Assembly (NCBI RefSeq): GCF_009914755.1
Contig: NC_060944.1
Length of the DNA: 64,000 nt
Reading direction: 5' to 3' (one strand)
Origin: the human T2T-CHM13v2.0 reference genome, Homo sapiens
Shown here: positions 41,310 to 54,099 of the stretch, one piece after another
Layout of the letters: every line of letters begins with the position of its first letter
Position numbering within the stretch: position 1 is the first letter of the stretch
Program-made: the position numbers and the translations under genes
The notes under the pieces: generated by a model
Databases searched by the model: none
Seen by the model: only the letters and a program-made list of their open reading frames with translations
What the model was told of the DNA's origin: nothing

Positions 41310-41780
41310 TTGAGCATTCATGAGTTCATGCCCGTAATAAATACTGAGCGCCTTACTGTGTGCTGGCATTGTGCTTATCACAAGAAGAAAAGATCCCTCC
41401 CTCCCGAAGGAGCATCTAATCTACTGGGAGAAACAGACTATGAGGAAGAACACGAATAAATGTGTGATTAAGATTTGTGACCAATGCTATGAAGAAAACA
41501 AATAGAGTGCTGACATAGAGACAAGGGGTGGGGGTGACAACTGAGACAGAGGCATTAGGGGAGGCCTCTCTGGAAGGTGACCTTTGAGCTGAGATCTGAG
41601 GGATGAGGTGATTGCATGAGAAGAGGTAGGTAAGAGTGTCCTAAGCAGAAGGAACAGTGAGTGCCAAGGCCCTGGGACAGAAGAGGGCATTGCATGTCCA
41701 AGGAGCCACAGGAAGCCCATTATGGTTGGAGGGTCATGGGTAGGAGGGCCTGAAGCTTCAGAAGACATCCAGATGAGGCT
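41310..41780 (-). mobile_element. L2
   Basis: tactgagcgccttactgtgtgc; gggaggcctctctggaaggtgacctttgagctgagatctga; agcagaaggaacagtgagtgccaaggccctg. Confidence 0.82.
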
Positions 41781-41999
41781 GCAGTCAGGTGGATGCAGGC
41801 ATCCAGATGAACCCTCGTGCTCTGTCTCTGAATCCCTACCAGTGGAACCGAGTGTGAGGAGTTAGGGGTTAGCAGAGTGTTAGAGGGAGCCTAGAGAGGA
41901 GGGCTCTTAACATTTCCAGGGAATTACCAAATGTCTCCCACTGAGCTGAGGAGATTCTGGGCCGTCTCCAAAAGTATATTCCAGAAGGGAAGCTACCTT

Positions 42000-42390
42000 A
42001 ACATTAGTTAAGGTAATTCTATTTCCTGTAACAGAACCCCCCGCCAGATCTCAGTCACTTAATATCCTAGAAGTCTAATTCTCACATTAAGTCCACTTTG
42101 GTGTTTGGCAGGTGACTTTCTCTGTGGTGATGCAGGGACCCAGGCACCCGCCATCTTTTAGCTCTGCCATCTCTTAGGATCTTGGAGTCCTTCCCTTCCA
42201 TCTGGCGAGCAGTGAAAACAGCATGTAGAGCTTTGCACAGGAGGTTTTTGTGGACTGGGTTTAGATGTGTCTATGACTTGCATTTGGGTGTGGCCAAGTA
42301 ATCCAGTTACTGAATTACTGGGAAACAGAATCTACATGGATGCCCTCCAGGTAGAGGAATTGGGTGCTGGTGAACACACAGTCATCTCTG
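42000..42390 (-). mobile_element. Old MaLR LTR (MLT1J-like)
   Basis: cagggacccaggc...ccatcttttagctctgccatctc. Confidence 0.55.
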
Positions 42391-42429
42391 CCCCAGGCCT
42401 CTCTTTGAGTGACAGCAACAGTATGGACC

Positions 42430-42592
42430 AGAAGCTTTGTGCTGTGGCTTCACATTCAAGCCACTTGGGCGGCTGCCAGCCTCCTATCCCAACTGATTAA
42501 ATCAGATTCCCCGGGAATGGGGCCTGGGCATCTGTATTGTTGAAAGCACCCCAGGACGTTGCAGCACACAGCTGAGGTTCAGGACCACCCTG
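42430..42592. mobile_element. MER5-family fragment
   Basis: attaaatcagatt...tggggcctgggcatctgtatt...aaagcaccccagg. Confidence 0.6.
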
Positions 42593-45064
42593 AATGGTGG
42601 AGAGAGGAGCTTCTGGGACAGCAGTCACAGCTGGGCCCATCCTTCTTCCTGCTCAATAATCATCATTATGCCTTATTATCTTCTTACCAGGTGACAGGCT
42701 AGAGTGGCAGGAAGGAAGACAAAAGAAGTTATTTACAAATAAAATGGTCGGTCTTCCGCATTCTAGGGCAGGGGCTGCCTTCATCTCAAATGTGGGAGGC
42801 TCTTTGGCAGTGGGCAACAACTTTAATGGCTCCTCATGGTTGAGACAGGTGAACCTTACCTTGGCAGGTCTAGATGGTGAGAGCAGGAGAAATAGATAAC
42901 TCCATTGTTCAGCTTGGGTAGAATTATGAGATTCCCAGGAAATAATGTGAGAAAGAGAAGGTAAGTGTTCCACGTTAAAAGAGTAGAAGGAAGATGTCAG
43001 AGAGTGGGTCGGGGGTAGGGAGACAGAGAGCAAGAGCGAGTGAGAGACAGAGAGATTGAGTCTATGGTAAGCAGTCATGGCTCATGGAAAGAGGGGACAA
43101 TGAGAAATTCCCTGTGGCAGGAATGACCAATATACTCCTAGGAAGTATCGTGTCCAGCATTAAATTTGAAGTTGTTCTTTGTTCTATAATTGTTTTCCTA
43201 CCCATAAACGTTTAATAAGTCTCCTATGTACAACAGCCTTGTATTAATGAAGTCTTGAAGGACTGAAGGAAGGAAGAAGTGTGCAAGTTAGAGTTCTTAT
43301 TTAGCTTCAGGCAGGGAAAAATGGAAAAATGGATTCTGACTAAGCAGCAGAGGAATTTATTATTGGGTAAGCCAGTGACACTGTGACACAGGGACTCATA
43401 CAAGTCACCCTTCAACCACTGGGTGGATGTGGCTGGCCTTTAGATAACCTCTTACTCGGTCTCTTCAAAACATCTCTTTCCTTCCGTCCTTCTGATATGA
43501 TGCGCAAGAGCAGATGAGGGCAGGGATGGCAAACGTGAGCCCTTCTACTTCATCCTTGGCAGACATCACTAACTGATCTCTGTGCAAGTTCTTATGGAGC
43601 TCAGGGGCAGCTCCCTGGACCCTTTATATTTCCTGTTCCGGGCAGTCATTACTAACAGATCACAGATGATATGTGAAATACAATTTACTTCTGTTCCAGG
43701 GTCCATATGACACCTCTTTCAAGGCAATGTGTGTGCAATTTAAATGACACTATCTGTCTCTCAGCCCAAAGCAGCTGAGGATTCCATGTCCCAGGGACAA
43801 AGAGTTGCCCATCCTGGGGGCCCACTGCTACGGATCTTGCAGAAACTCAAAGGCTGCCATTCATTCTTGGGATGCTAGTCTTGGGGCAGAGCGGGAAGAC
43901 AACTCGCTTGGGTGTTACAACCTCCTGACCCCAGCTTCCTTTGGAATGTGGCACCCCAAGCCTGCCTCTCCTGACTCCCAGTCTGTGGGTTCCACTCTGC
44001 TCTGATTTCATGATGCATCCTGACTTCATGGGTTCTAAAAACAATTATTTGCTAGCTTTGTGCCCACCCCTTACTTTCAATCAGGCCCAGGGTGGCAGAG
44101 AGTCATGGGGCTGCCAGTTTTGGCCAGGCTGGACTGGGGAGGGGATCGGCTACCCCTAAAGGAAAAGCTCTTCCAGCCAGGAATTGCCTTTCTCTTCCTA
44201 ATGTGAGATAATTGGTTTCCTTTTTACCTAGTTCCTCCACAGCCTTCGTAATTACTGCCAAACCCTTGTCCCTCGACTTTGGCATTCCCACCAATGGACT
44301 TTTTTCCAAAGGGAAAGAGAAAAAGGCAAGAAGACTCAGAATGAAGGCCTGGGCTGGATTTACCTCCTGAGTCATCACCTACTCTCTGTGTGACCTTGGG
44401 CACGTTACTCACTTCTCTAAATTGTCCTCCCTAACTAACAGCTTCCTGCTGGAATTTTGAGAGGATGAGGTGATTTAAATGCTTAGCTCAATAGCGCATG
44501 GTGTGGCTAAACACTCGGGTGAATACTAGTATTGTTTCTTGTTACCTTTGTGCCTGGTGGTTTGGGCTGGGGTGTGAGGGTCAGGCTTTGGGGTGCTGGT
44601 TGGGGACTTGTGCCTTCTCTTTTTCTTTCCCCAAAGCTTCTGGAACTAAGCTCTCCCTCATCTCTTCAAGGAAGATGTGACACCAAGTGTGTTTTAGCAG
44701 AAACAAGACCCATATAAGTGATCCACTGAGGGGCCAGCAGGCTAATATGATGTTCTGAAAAGGGGCATTTTATTTTGTCAAATTGCTCTGGGGCTGCTGA
44801 ACTTTGGTGGCTGTTTCTTGGCAGTGTTTCTGGACATCTTGTTCGCAGGTGATGAGAGGAAGGGCTGCCCTGACATCTTGTACAGGTGAGGGGGCTGGAG
44901 GCTTCCTTCCTGCGCGTTCCAGCCAGTGCCCCGCCTGCAGTGGGGGAGACATTTTTTCACCCGGTTCAATGTGCGGGAGGAGGAGGGTGAGGTGGGGGCA
45001 TGGGTAGAGGGGCCAGTGGGAGGAGTCCCCCCCACAGAGTCCTCTGTTAGAACAACCCAGAAGT

Positions 45065-45308
45065 CCCCCTCCCCAGCTTGGGGAGCCTCCAGGGCCCGTT
45101 CCCACCCCAGCAGCCCCCTCCCCAGCTGGGGGAGGCTCCAGGGCCTGTTCCCACCCCAGCAGCCCCCTCCCCAGCTGCGGGAGCCTCCAGGGTATGTTCG
45201 CACCCCAGCAGCCCCCTCCTCAGCTGGGGGAGCCTCCAGGGCCGGTTCCACCCCAGCAGCCCCCTCCCCAGCTGGGGGAGCCTCCAGGGTCTGTTCCCAC
45301 CCCAGCAG
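45065..45308. repeat. GC-rich minisatellite, 5 x 49 bp (copy 4 is 48 bp)
   Basis: Unit ccccctccccagctgggggagcctccagggNNNgttcccaccccagcag starting at 45065, 45114, 45163, 45212, 45260. Confidence 0.96.
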
Positions 45309-45597
45309 CGTCTAGGCTCGCTTCCTGTCTCCCCGTTTTCTTAAAAGCTGTGTGTCAGCACAGGAGTGGCAGGTGTGTTAACTCCCGGAGCCTGCGCCTG
45401 TGCCCCAGCATGGGAAGAAAAATGCCGACTCGGAGAGAATCAGAGTCAGGCGCTGGCACTAGCCTTGGGGGCAGGAGAGAGTTGGTCGAAAGGAAGTGTT
45501 GGGAGAAGGCCAGGTGGCTGGTACTGAGGTACCCATGCCTGCTTCCTCTGCCAGGAAGAGAGACCCCCCACTAAGGTAACTGTGAGAAGTAGGGCAC

Positions 45598-46050
45598 TGT
45601 CTCCCTCCCTCCCTCCCTCCCTCTTTCCCTCTTTCCCTTTTTTTCCTTTCTTCCTTCCCTCGTTTCCTCCCATTTTCCCCCTCCCTATTTCCATTCCTTT
45701 TTTCCTTTCCTCCCTCCCTCCCTCCCTCCCTTCCTTCCTTCCCCCTTTCTCTCCCTCTCTTCCTTCCTTTTTGCCCTCTGTCCTTTTTCCCTTCGGTCCT
45801 TCCTTTTTTGTTCATTTCTGCACTCCCCCTCCTCCCCTTCCTTTCCTTCTCTCCTCTTCTCTTCCTTTCCCTCTCTCCTATTCTCTCCCTTCCTCCTTTC
45901 CCCCTCTTCCTTCTCTCCCACCTCCCTTCCTTCCTGTTTTCCTCATTTGCATCCCTGCTTCCCCTGTGCTCTCCCTCCTGTCCTCCCTCCTCTTTTCTTG
46001 TCTCTTTCCTTTCTCTTCCCCTTCTTCCTCTCTCCTCTTCCTTCCTCCCT
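45598..46050. repeat. Polypyrimidine (CT-rich) tract
   Basis: Direct reading. Confidence 0.92.
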
Positions 46051-46389
46051 GCTCGCACCATGCCACTCAATGCTCCAAGCTGGACACAGCTGCAGGGAAA
46101 TAGCCTCAGCCCTGGCCCCCAGGAGCTTCCACCTAGTGGGAGCCAGGCAGGTGGACAGGTGATGATCCTGTCACGTGATCCACATGCTAATGAAGATCTG
46201 GGCTGGTCTCCTGGGAGCTTTGCTGGGTCTGGAGGGGTAGAGAAAGCCCTCACAGAGCAGGAGACCTCTGGCCTGGGTCTGATAGTTTCTCTGGCTGAGT
46301 CAAAAGAAAGGGGCATTGTAGGCAGAGGGAAGAGCTTGCACAAAGTAGGGGGACATGGTCAATGAATTCTTATGCAAATTTGGAATTGG

Positions 46390-46730
46390 ACAAGCCTAGG
46401 CTTGAGCCACTGTCAGTATAACCTCTGCCCAATCATTTCAGCCTCTCTCAGCTTCTCATCTGTAAAATGGGGTATGTTAGTACTCATGATGCCCTGGGAT
46501 GTTTGGGGAACAGAATTAGCTCTTGCATCTGAAAATATCTAGCACTATGTGTCTTATCACATTTTACCCTCATGTCAACCTGGGGGGCCGGGTACAATTA
46601 TATCTTAATTTTACAGTTCTGGAAATGGTGGCTCAGAGAAGTTGAGCAGCCTGTCCAAGTTCACACAGCCAGGTAGATTGAAGACACAAATGTAGGCAGC
46701 CTGATTCCCAAGCCCGAGTGTTTAATAACA
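46390..46730. mobile_element. Two MIR fragments in opposite orientation
   Basis: ctcatctgtaaaatgggg; ttttacag...ggctcagagaagttgagcagcctgtccaagttcacacagc. Confidence 0.7.
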
Positions 46731-46934
46731 ATCTCTCCAAAGTCAGCACATACACTTGGAATAAAACTAACACATCAGGTGCCTGCTCTGTAAAATGAGG
46801 TTGCACAAACCTGGCAGGATGACAGGGATAACTCTCCAGAGCTGGAGGGGCCATGGGGGATGCACTTTTGATTTTTATGGCTTCTCAGGGTCCCACCAAT
46901 TGTACTGTCTTAGCCTGTGTCTGGTTGGTGCAGG

Positions 46935-47258
46935 AAAAAGGAGGATGGGCAGTGGAGCAGGAGGAAGAAGGGGGAGGAAGAGCGAGGGAGGAGGGTGCAT
47001 TGGAGGGAGCAGGAAGAGGAGGAGAGGGAGGAGGGAGAGGGGAGGAAGGAGGGGGGAGGAGGAGGATAGAGAGGAGAGGAGGAGGGAAAGGGGAGGAGGA
47101 AGGGGAGGAGGAAGGGGGAGGGGAGGGAGAGGAGGGGGAGGAAGAGTGGGAGGATAGAAAACGGGAGGAGGGGAAAGGGAGGAGGAGGAGGGGCAGGGGG
47201 AGGAAGAGGGGAAGGGAAGGAAGGGAAGGAGGGAGGGGAAGGGAAGGAGGAGGAGGAA
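46935..47258. repeat. Polypurine (GA-rich) tract
   Basis: Direct reading. Confidence 0.92.
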
Positions 47259-48368
47259 CTCTCTGACCCTACTCCCGAATCTGATTCTGTCCCTCTTTTC
47301 CAGTTCCCTGCACTGAGGTGTTGGAAATCCAGCTTTCCAGTGGAGGCTGTCTGGGTTTCCATCCTTGTAGCTGTGCTTTTTCTGTTCCTCTGGGACTTTT
47401 CTTCCCTTGACCCCCTTTCTTTCAGGAGCTCTTGGTCTTGTCTGAACAGCTTTTGTCTAAGAAGCCTCACAGACTGCCCTGGGCACCCTTTCCTTCTCCT
47501 TGCTCTGGCCTCTACTGTCAGTCTCTCCTCTCTGTTCTCCCTCTCTTCCCATCCTTCCAAGAAGGTGAACCGTGGGACTTCTGAGGTCTAAAGAAGGGTC
47601 CTGGATAGGGACTTTAGGAGCCCAGACCGGATGGTCACTGGAGAGGGACCCTTTTGTCATTATGTAGACTGGCCACACGATGGCTCCCTGGGACCGTCAA
47701 GCACCTGCCCAGTCTCTTCAGTGGGCCTCTGGTCGCCCTGGTGATTATTCTTTCCCTTAAATGTTCCACACGCACCTCTTCCTTATCTCTGTAGCTGGGC
47801 AGCCAACTTCTGGGTTTCCTGCTCACCCTGGGTAGAGAGATCCCAGTCACTGGGGCTTGCGTTAGAGAGGAGTGGAGTGGGGAGAAGAGCAGGAGGGGAG
47901 CAGAAAGAGAAGTGAGGGGCTTGCCAGGGGGCTAGTGGCTGAGCAGCTGTAGGAAGGGACTTCGTGGAGTTACTGATGGGCTCAGCCACCAGGAGCTGGG
48001 CTCTGGGGAATCTTTAGGAGTGAGAAACAGAGCCTGGATGTCCATTCCAGGGCCCCAAACACAAGGCTCACTTCCTGGAAGCATGAGGACTGGAGGTGAC
48101 ACAGAAAAGGCTGGCGTGAACTTCCAGACACCTGAGGAGCAAGAGCTCAGAGTTCCAGCTGGAGGTGGCCCGGACTGCAGACTTGGCCATGGCCAGTGGT
48201 GGCCCTTCCCGGACATGGCTTGGAGCTGATGGAGCTGCTGTTTGGGACAGCAGGATGTGGCTTGACTGGGGCACTGAAAAACAAGGCTGGCTTTTATGAA
48301 AAACAAACAAAAACTCAGGTGACCAGAGTTTCACGCATGCTCAGAAAGCAGTGGCAAGTTAGGATTAT

Positions 48369-48429
48369 AATAATAATGTTATAACAATAATAATGTTATA
48401 ACAATAATAATGTTATAACAATAATAATG
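48369..48429. repeat. Perfect tandem repeat, 3.6 x 17 bp AATAATAATGTTATAAC
   Basis: Units at 48369, 48386, 48403, partial at 48420. Confidence 0.95.
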
Positions 48430-48689
48430 ACAGTAGCAAATAACCATCTTTTTGAGGATTTATGGAACATGTCAGACACTGCTTTTTTTTACATGGGTTG
48501 TTTTGTTTACATGGATTACCCCATAGGGGAGGTAATAGAAGGGGATTTATAATGACAGTCAAACCTGAAAAGGAGACACTTTGTTTTAGCACAACAAGAC
48601 CCAGGGTACCTGCAGGCTGGAGTGTGGCTTTCTCATGGGCTCCAGGTGATTGCAGGGATGGAGAGAGAAACTCGTCCATTTCACTTGCA

Positions 48690-49420
48690 GGGTACACAGG
48701 GACTTGCCATCACAACCTTTTTCATTTCCAACCATTTTCTTCCTGTTGGAAGGAATATTCCTCAGCTGAAGTTGGATCTGATTTAATAAGGCAATAACCA
48801 GAGAAATGCATTTCAATTGATTATTAAGCATTTGTTTATTAGGACTCAGTAGCTCTGACCCAAATAGCTGCTAAGCAGTCATTAAACATCAAAGAAGATG
48901 TTTCTGTTTATATATTTTGTTTATTTACCGTCATGAACAAACATTATTGCATCAATTAAATGTCGATTAGGGGGTCTATGGTTTGAATTAGATTATACAC
49001 ATAGTGTCAAATCATTTTCGTGTCTCTTTCTGAGATATAATCTATTTTTGTTTTAGTATCTAAAAGGATTCCATCTAAGTGTTAGAAGCTGTGGCCGGCA
49101 GGGGTTACGGGGTGGCTTCTGAGCACTTCTAAAGCTGATGTTTCCTTTTTTGGAGTTTGCAGCCTGGATCCCTGTGACAGCCTGGAACTCCTGATCCATT
49201 CCTCATTGATCATTCATGAAGGGGCCATTTCTCTGCGATTCTTTGCTTTTTTGGGCATTAATTTTCTAGAAAACAAAACAACACAACAATAACTCTAACC
49301 TCCATCATAAAACCCTTAGATATTTATCTCCAAGGCAGCTAAACTGAGTTGTGGAAATGAAATTAAGTTCTCCATTAATGCTGCTTCAATTAAGCAGCAT
49401 TGAAATCAGGAATGGTGTGC
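48690..49420. promoter_or_regulatory. Candidate developmental enhancer
   Basis: tgatttaat 48779, TCF/LEF acatcaaag 48886, FOX tgtttat at 48833, 48905, 48918, atcaatta 48951. Confidence 0.5.
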
Positions 49421-50200
49421 TTGAAAGAATATATGATTTTCCTAGTCACAGTCTAGAAGCATTGAAATAACATATCTTAATATATTTTTATTCAAAAAAA
49501 TTGGATAATTTTCTAATTATATGAGACAACTATGTGTATTTATAAAATCACATATAAACCTGAGCTTAATTTTTTTTAAATTGATAAAATTATATATATT
49601 TATCATGTACAACATGATATGTATACATTGTGGAATGGTGAAGTTGAGTTAGCATCCTGGCTTTTTAAGTCAGAGGAGAGGGGACCCGCAGGAGGACCCT
49701 GGCTGAATTGGGCCCCATCAGACCCAGAATGGAACCCCCCCGGTCCCCAGAATTTGTCCTCCTGTTGTACTCAGTGCGTTGGTGGAAGCAGAACTCCCCA
49801 TGGGAACAGGCAGACCTAGATTTTCTGGGGTGGGAGGGGAAGGTAAAGGTGCAACAAATTGAGATTTCTCCCTGCCCTAACTCCCAACCCAGCCCAGAAA
49901 AGAACTTTGAGTGAGGCCAGCAGTGGGGAGGCTGAGCTCTGGCAGCCTCAGGGGTCAGTCCTGCAGGGTAGCGTGCGGGGATCTGGCTCTAGCCACATGG
50001 GGGCTGGCATGGATGCCATGAGGCTCAGCTACCCCTCTCCTTCCACCTTGTTCTTTCTGGGCAGGGGCAGCCCTCCAGATCCCAGTCAGGGTTTATCCAG
50101 GGGTAAAGGAGAGAAAGAAAGGTGAGAGTGAAGAGGAGAGTCCAGGTGAGTGAGGGAACAGCTTGAAGAGGCCAGCCATTTGCATATTAAAGAGCCTCTC

Positions 50201-50567
<367 letters not shown>

Positions 50568-50930
50568 TTATCAAGTGACATCTTATTTCAGTGAAAGTGT
50601 AGTATATATGAAGTTTAAACACAGTTGAAGTGGTCAGTGCAGGGTGCCTCTCACTTGCCCCCTAAGCACTCCCTGCCATGGTACCCAGAGGCGTTTCTGC
50701 AGAAATCCTCTTACTTTGTAGACGTGCTTTGAAAACCACTGCATTAGTACACTGGACAGCCCTGTCCTTAAAAGCTAGTCGCCAGCCCAGCATGGACAAC
50801 AGAAGAATCCCTGGGAATGAGACCTTCTCAAAGTCCCAGGCCCACCTATGAACATTCAGATTTCCTAGATCTGGATTTCACCCAAGAATGTACTTTTAAC
50901 GAGAGCCCCAAATGATTCTAACCCAGTAGG

Positions 50931-51053
50931 CTAGGCTGGAACTAGGGTGAGGCCAGCAAGTGCTTGGAACTGCACTTACACGGCCTTGAGAGTGAAGCCT
51001 CCTGAAATTTTATACTGTAGGCCCCTCACTGGCCTCACTCTGGTTCTGGCCCA
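50931..51053. mobile_element. MITE with ~23-bp terminal inverted repeats (MER96-like)
   Basis: ggctggaactagggtgaggccag ... ctggcctcactctggttctggcc. Confidence 0.65.
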
Positions 51054-51544
51054 GGTACTAACCATGTGAAAACCAACACCCAGCTACACTCTGGGGTTTG
51101 GCTGCATACAGAAGTGCTCAGATGGGGCTTGAAAGAATGAATGAAAGCCATAGAGATCTGCCTCCTGGTGTCCCATGGGACAGACAGCAAAGAAAACAGG
51201 TTGTAGGCAATATTCATAGTCATTTTTATTACTGCTATTGTTAGGAATTTATTTTTTGATGCTTGTAAGGTACAAGACACAGTGGGAAACAATTTATAAA
51301 CATTCTCATCTTTCACCTTTGCATCAGCCATGTAATAGTTCAATTTGTAAATGGGGAAACGAAAGCTTTGAAAGGTGAAAGTCTCGTCCAAATTCACACT
51401 GCTAGTCGTGATGCCTAATATTCTCCATGGCTTGAGCTCTTTACCTTTCTGCTGTACTGAGGATAGGTATACGGCCCTTCCTTAGCATGGGGGATGATGT
51501 TCCTAAATGACCCTCACTAATATAATAGCATCCATTATGGACTG

Positions 51545-52000
51545 TAGTCACTGTGTATGTTTGCCCAGCAAGCATCCTCATCTGCTTCTCTGAAGCAAAT
51601 CTCACTCCCACCCTGGCCACAGGATCACTTGATCCAGGTCTGGCCAATCAGAATCCTCCATTGCCCTAGACCGTGATTAGTCTGGGAGTAGACACGGGGT
51701 CTAAGTCAGACCAATCAGATGCCTCCCCAGGATTTCCAGTTAGGAGCTGGAGAAGCTGACTTGCCTCTGGGGTCACTGATCTGGAAGGAGGTGAGGGGTT
51801 GCTCACAGCCAGAGCTCTAGGAGAGAACAAAGAAGAGGAAGCTGGTGACCCAGTCTTGTTGGCAGGTCCTTCTTCAGTTCTATGAGGTGCCTGAGCATGT
51901 ATTGCTGTCAGCTGTGGCAGAAAATAGTTTTCATTTTTTACTTTAGGCTAGTTTGAGTTAGTTTTCTGTCACTTGCAACCAAAGAATCCTGATGAATTCA
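51545..52000 (+). mobile_element. Old MaLR LTR (MLT1K/L-like)
   Basis: ggccaatcaga twice; 3' end tttctgtcacttgcaaccaaagaatcctga. Confidence 0.65.
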
Positions 52001-52194
52001 GCATCCAACATTAACATCACAGTCCCTCTACTCTGAGCCCTGTCTGAACCACCCGCCATCCCGCTGGCATTTCACAGTGGTGTTTGTGCCTCCTTTCTCC
52101 TCCCCTGCAGTTCATGCCTTTTCACAGATTGGCTGAGGATTCTCTGAACACTATTCACTCCCAGAAAGTTCCCAACACCACCTGAATGCATTTA

Positions 52195-52945
52195 TCTTTT
52201 AAAAATTATGGTAGAATACACACACAACATTTATCATCTTAACCACTTTTAAGTATATTTCAGTGGTATTAAGTTTATTCATACTGTTATGCAAATCATC
52301 ACCAAATCCTCATCCATCTCCAAAATTCATTTCATCTTACAAAACTAAAGCTCTGTACCCATTAAACAATAACTCCCATCCCCTGCCTACCCTCCTCTCT
52401 CCAGCCCCTGGTTACTACCATTCTAGTTTCTATCTGTGTAAATTTGACCATTCTAAGCAACTCATATAAGTGGAATCATATAATATTTGTCCTTTGGTGA
52501 CTGGCTTATCTCACTTAACATAATGTCCCCAAGGTTTGTCCATGTTGTAACATGTATCAGAATTTCCTTCTTTTTTAAGGCTAAATAATGTTCCATTGTA
52601 TGTATATACCATATTTTGTTTATCCATTGATAAACACTTGGATTGCTTCTGTGTGATAGCTATTGTCAATAATGCTGCAGTGAACATGGGTGTGCAGATA
52701 TCTCTTTGGCATACTGATTGAAATTACTTCGGCTGTATATCCAGAAATGGGATTGCTAGATCATGTGGTAATTCTAGTTTTAATTTTTTGAGGAACTGCC
52801 ATACTGTTTTCCACAGTGACTATGCCATTTTACATATTTTACATTCCCACCAACAGTGTATGAGGGTTCTAATTTCTCCACATCCTCACTAATGCCTTTT
52901 TTTTTTTTTTTTTTGCTAGTAGACATCCTGATGGGTGTGAGGTAG
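52195..52945 (-). mobile_element. L1MA/MB 3' end, 5'-truncated
   Basis: tttatcatcttaaccacttttaagt...ctcatataagtggaatcata...tttttgaggaactgccatactgttttcc...gggtgtgaggta. Confidence 0.9.
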
Positions 52946-52972
52946 TCCTAATGCATTCTTAGTAATGACAAT

Positions 52973-53460
52973 TGTATCAGTTTTGCTCCATAAAAACTAC
53001 TTTAAAATCAGAGGCTTAAAACAACCACTATTTACTCAGGTCATGATTCTCTTGAGTTAGGAATATGGACTGAGCTCAGCTGAGTGGCTCTTCTGGTCTT
53101 GGCCAGACTTACCCATGTGTCTAGGGCAAGCTTTGTGTTGACTTGTCTAGGAAGACTTCAGCTGGGATGACTCATTGGTGCTTCATGCCATCTCTCACCA
53201 GAAAGCCAGGCTTGCTCACATGAAGGCTGGGCAGAGTTCCAAGAGAACAAACTAAAGCATGCAGTGGAAGTGGCACAACATTACTTCCTCTGAATTCCAC
53301 TGGTCAAAGCAAATCACCAGGCCAGCCCAGATTTAAAGTGTGGGGAAATCTCTGTCTCTTGATAGGAGGGTCTGCAAAGGCAAATTGCAAAGGGATGTGG
53401 ATATGAGAAGTGAATAATTACAACCAATTTTTTTTTTTTTTGCAAAATCTAGCATAACAA
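52973..53460 (-). mobile_element. MLT1 (G/H-like) solo LTR
   Basis: ggcttaaaacaaccactatttact...ggtcaaagcaaatcaccaggccagcccagattt. Confidence 0.78.
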
Positions 53461-54099
53461 CTTTTCAACAAGCTTTCATGTCAGACAGAAGGAATTTGCA
53501 TTTGAGATTTGCTCCAATGGGCTCACCCAATTCATGAGTTTCAAAGGCTGTGGTTCACACCTGCAAAACTAGACTATGCTGGGAATTGTGGAATCAAGGC
53601 TAATGCCTGATAATTTCAAATGAGAATTTTTTCCTTCTAAAATCAGTGGATATTTCTGAATAAATTGTTCTTTCAGTCACGAATCATGGAGGCAAGAGCT
53701 TCAATTCTCCATTCATTTGCCATAAGCAGTTGACTCAAGGACAGCTCTGACTGTCTAGCCCTGTCTATTAATGAGTGCCATTATACAATTAACTTTTCCA
53801 TCACCTTTAGAAGATGCCAAGCCAGACTCCTCCTCAAAGCCCACAGTGAACAGGGGAGCCTCCACGGAGCTCCATAGCCTGCTTAGATGTTCAGAAAGTA
53901 AAAACCAACTGAAAGTGAAAGACTTCTAAAGCTCAGAGCTTTCCCAGTAACTGGACTAATGGAGAGTACAGCCAGATCCAAATGGTTGGAACTGTTGCCA
54001 GGGAAGTAAAGGGAAGTAGGTACCTCCAAGCATTTTATTAACCTGGTAAATCAGTCCCTGGAAGCCCACTGGGAAGGTTTGGAGCAAGTTTCCTACTTC

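Noticed and set aside
40634-45308. 22-bp and 49-bp arrays as CRISPR-like or coding repeats
   Set aside because: Head-to-tail units without unique spacers, no cas genes, primate genomic context.
45459-47560. Arg/Gly/Glu-rich and Pro/Ser/Phe-rich ORFs up to 294 aa
   Set aside because: Products of the CT and GA low-complexity tracts.
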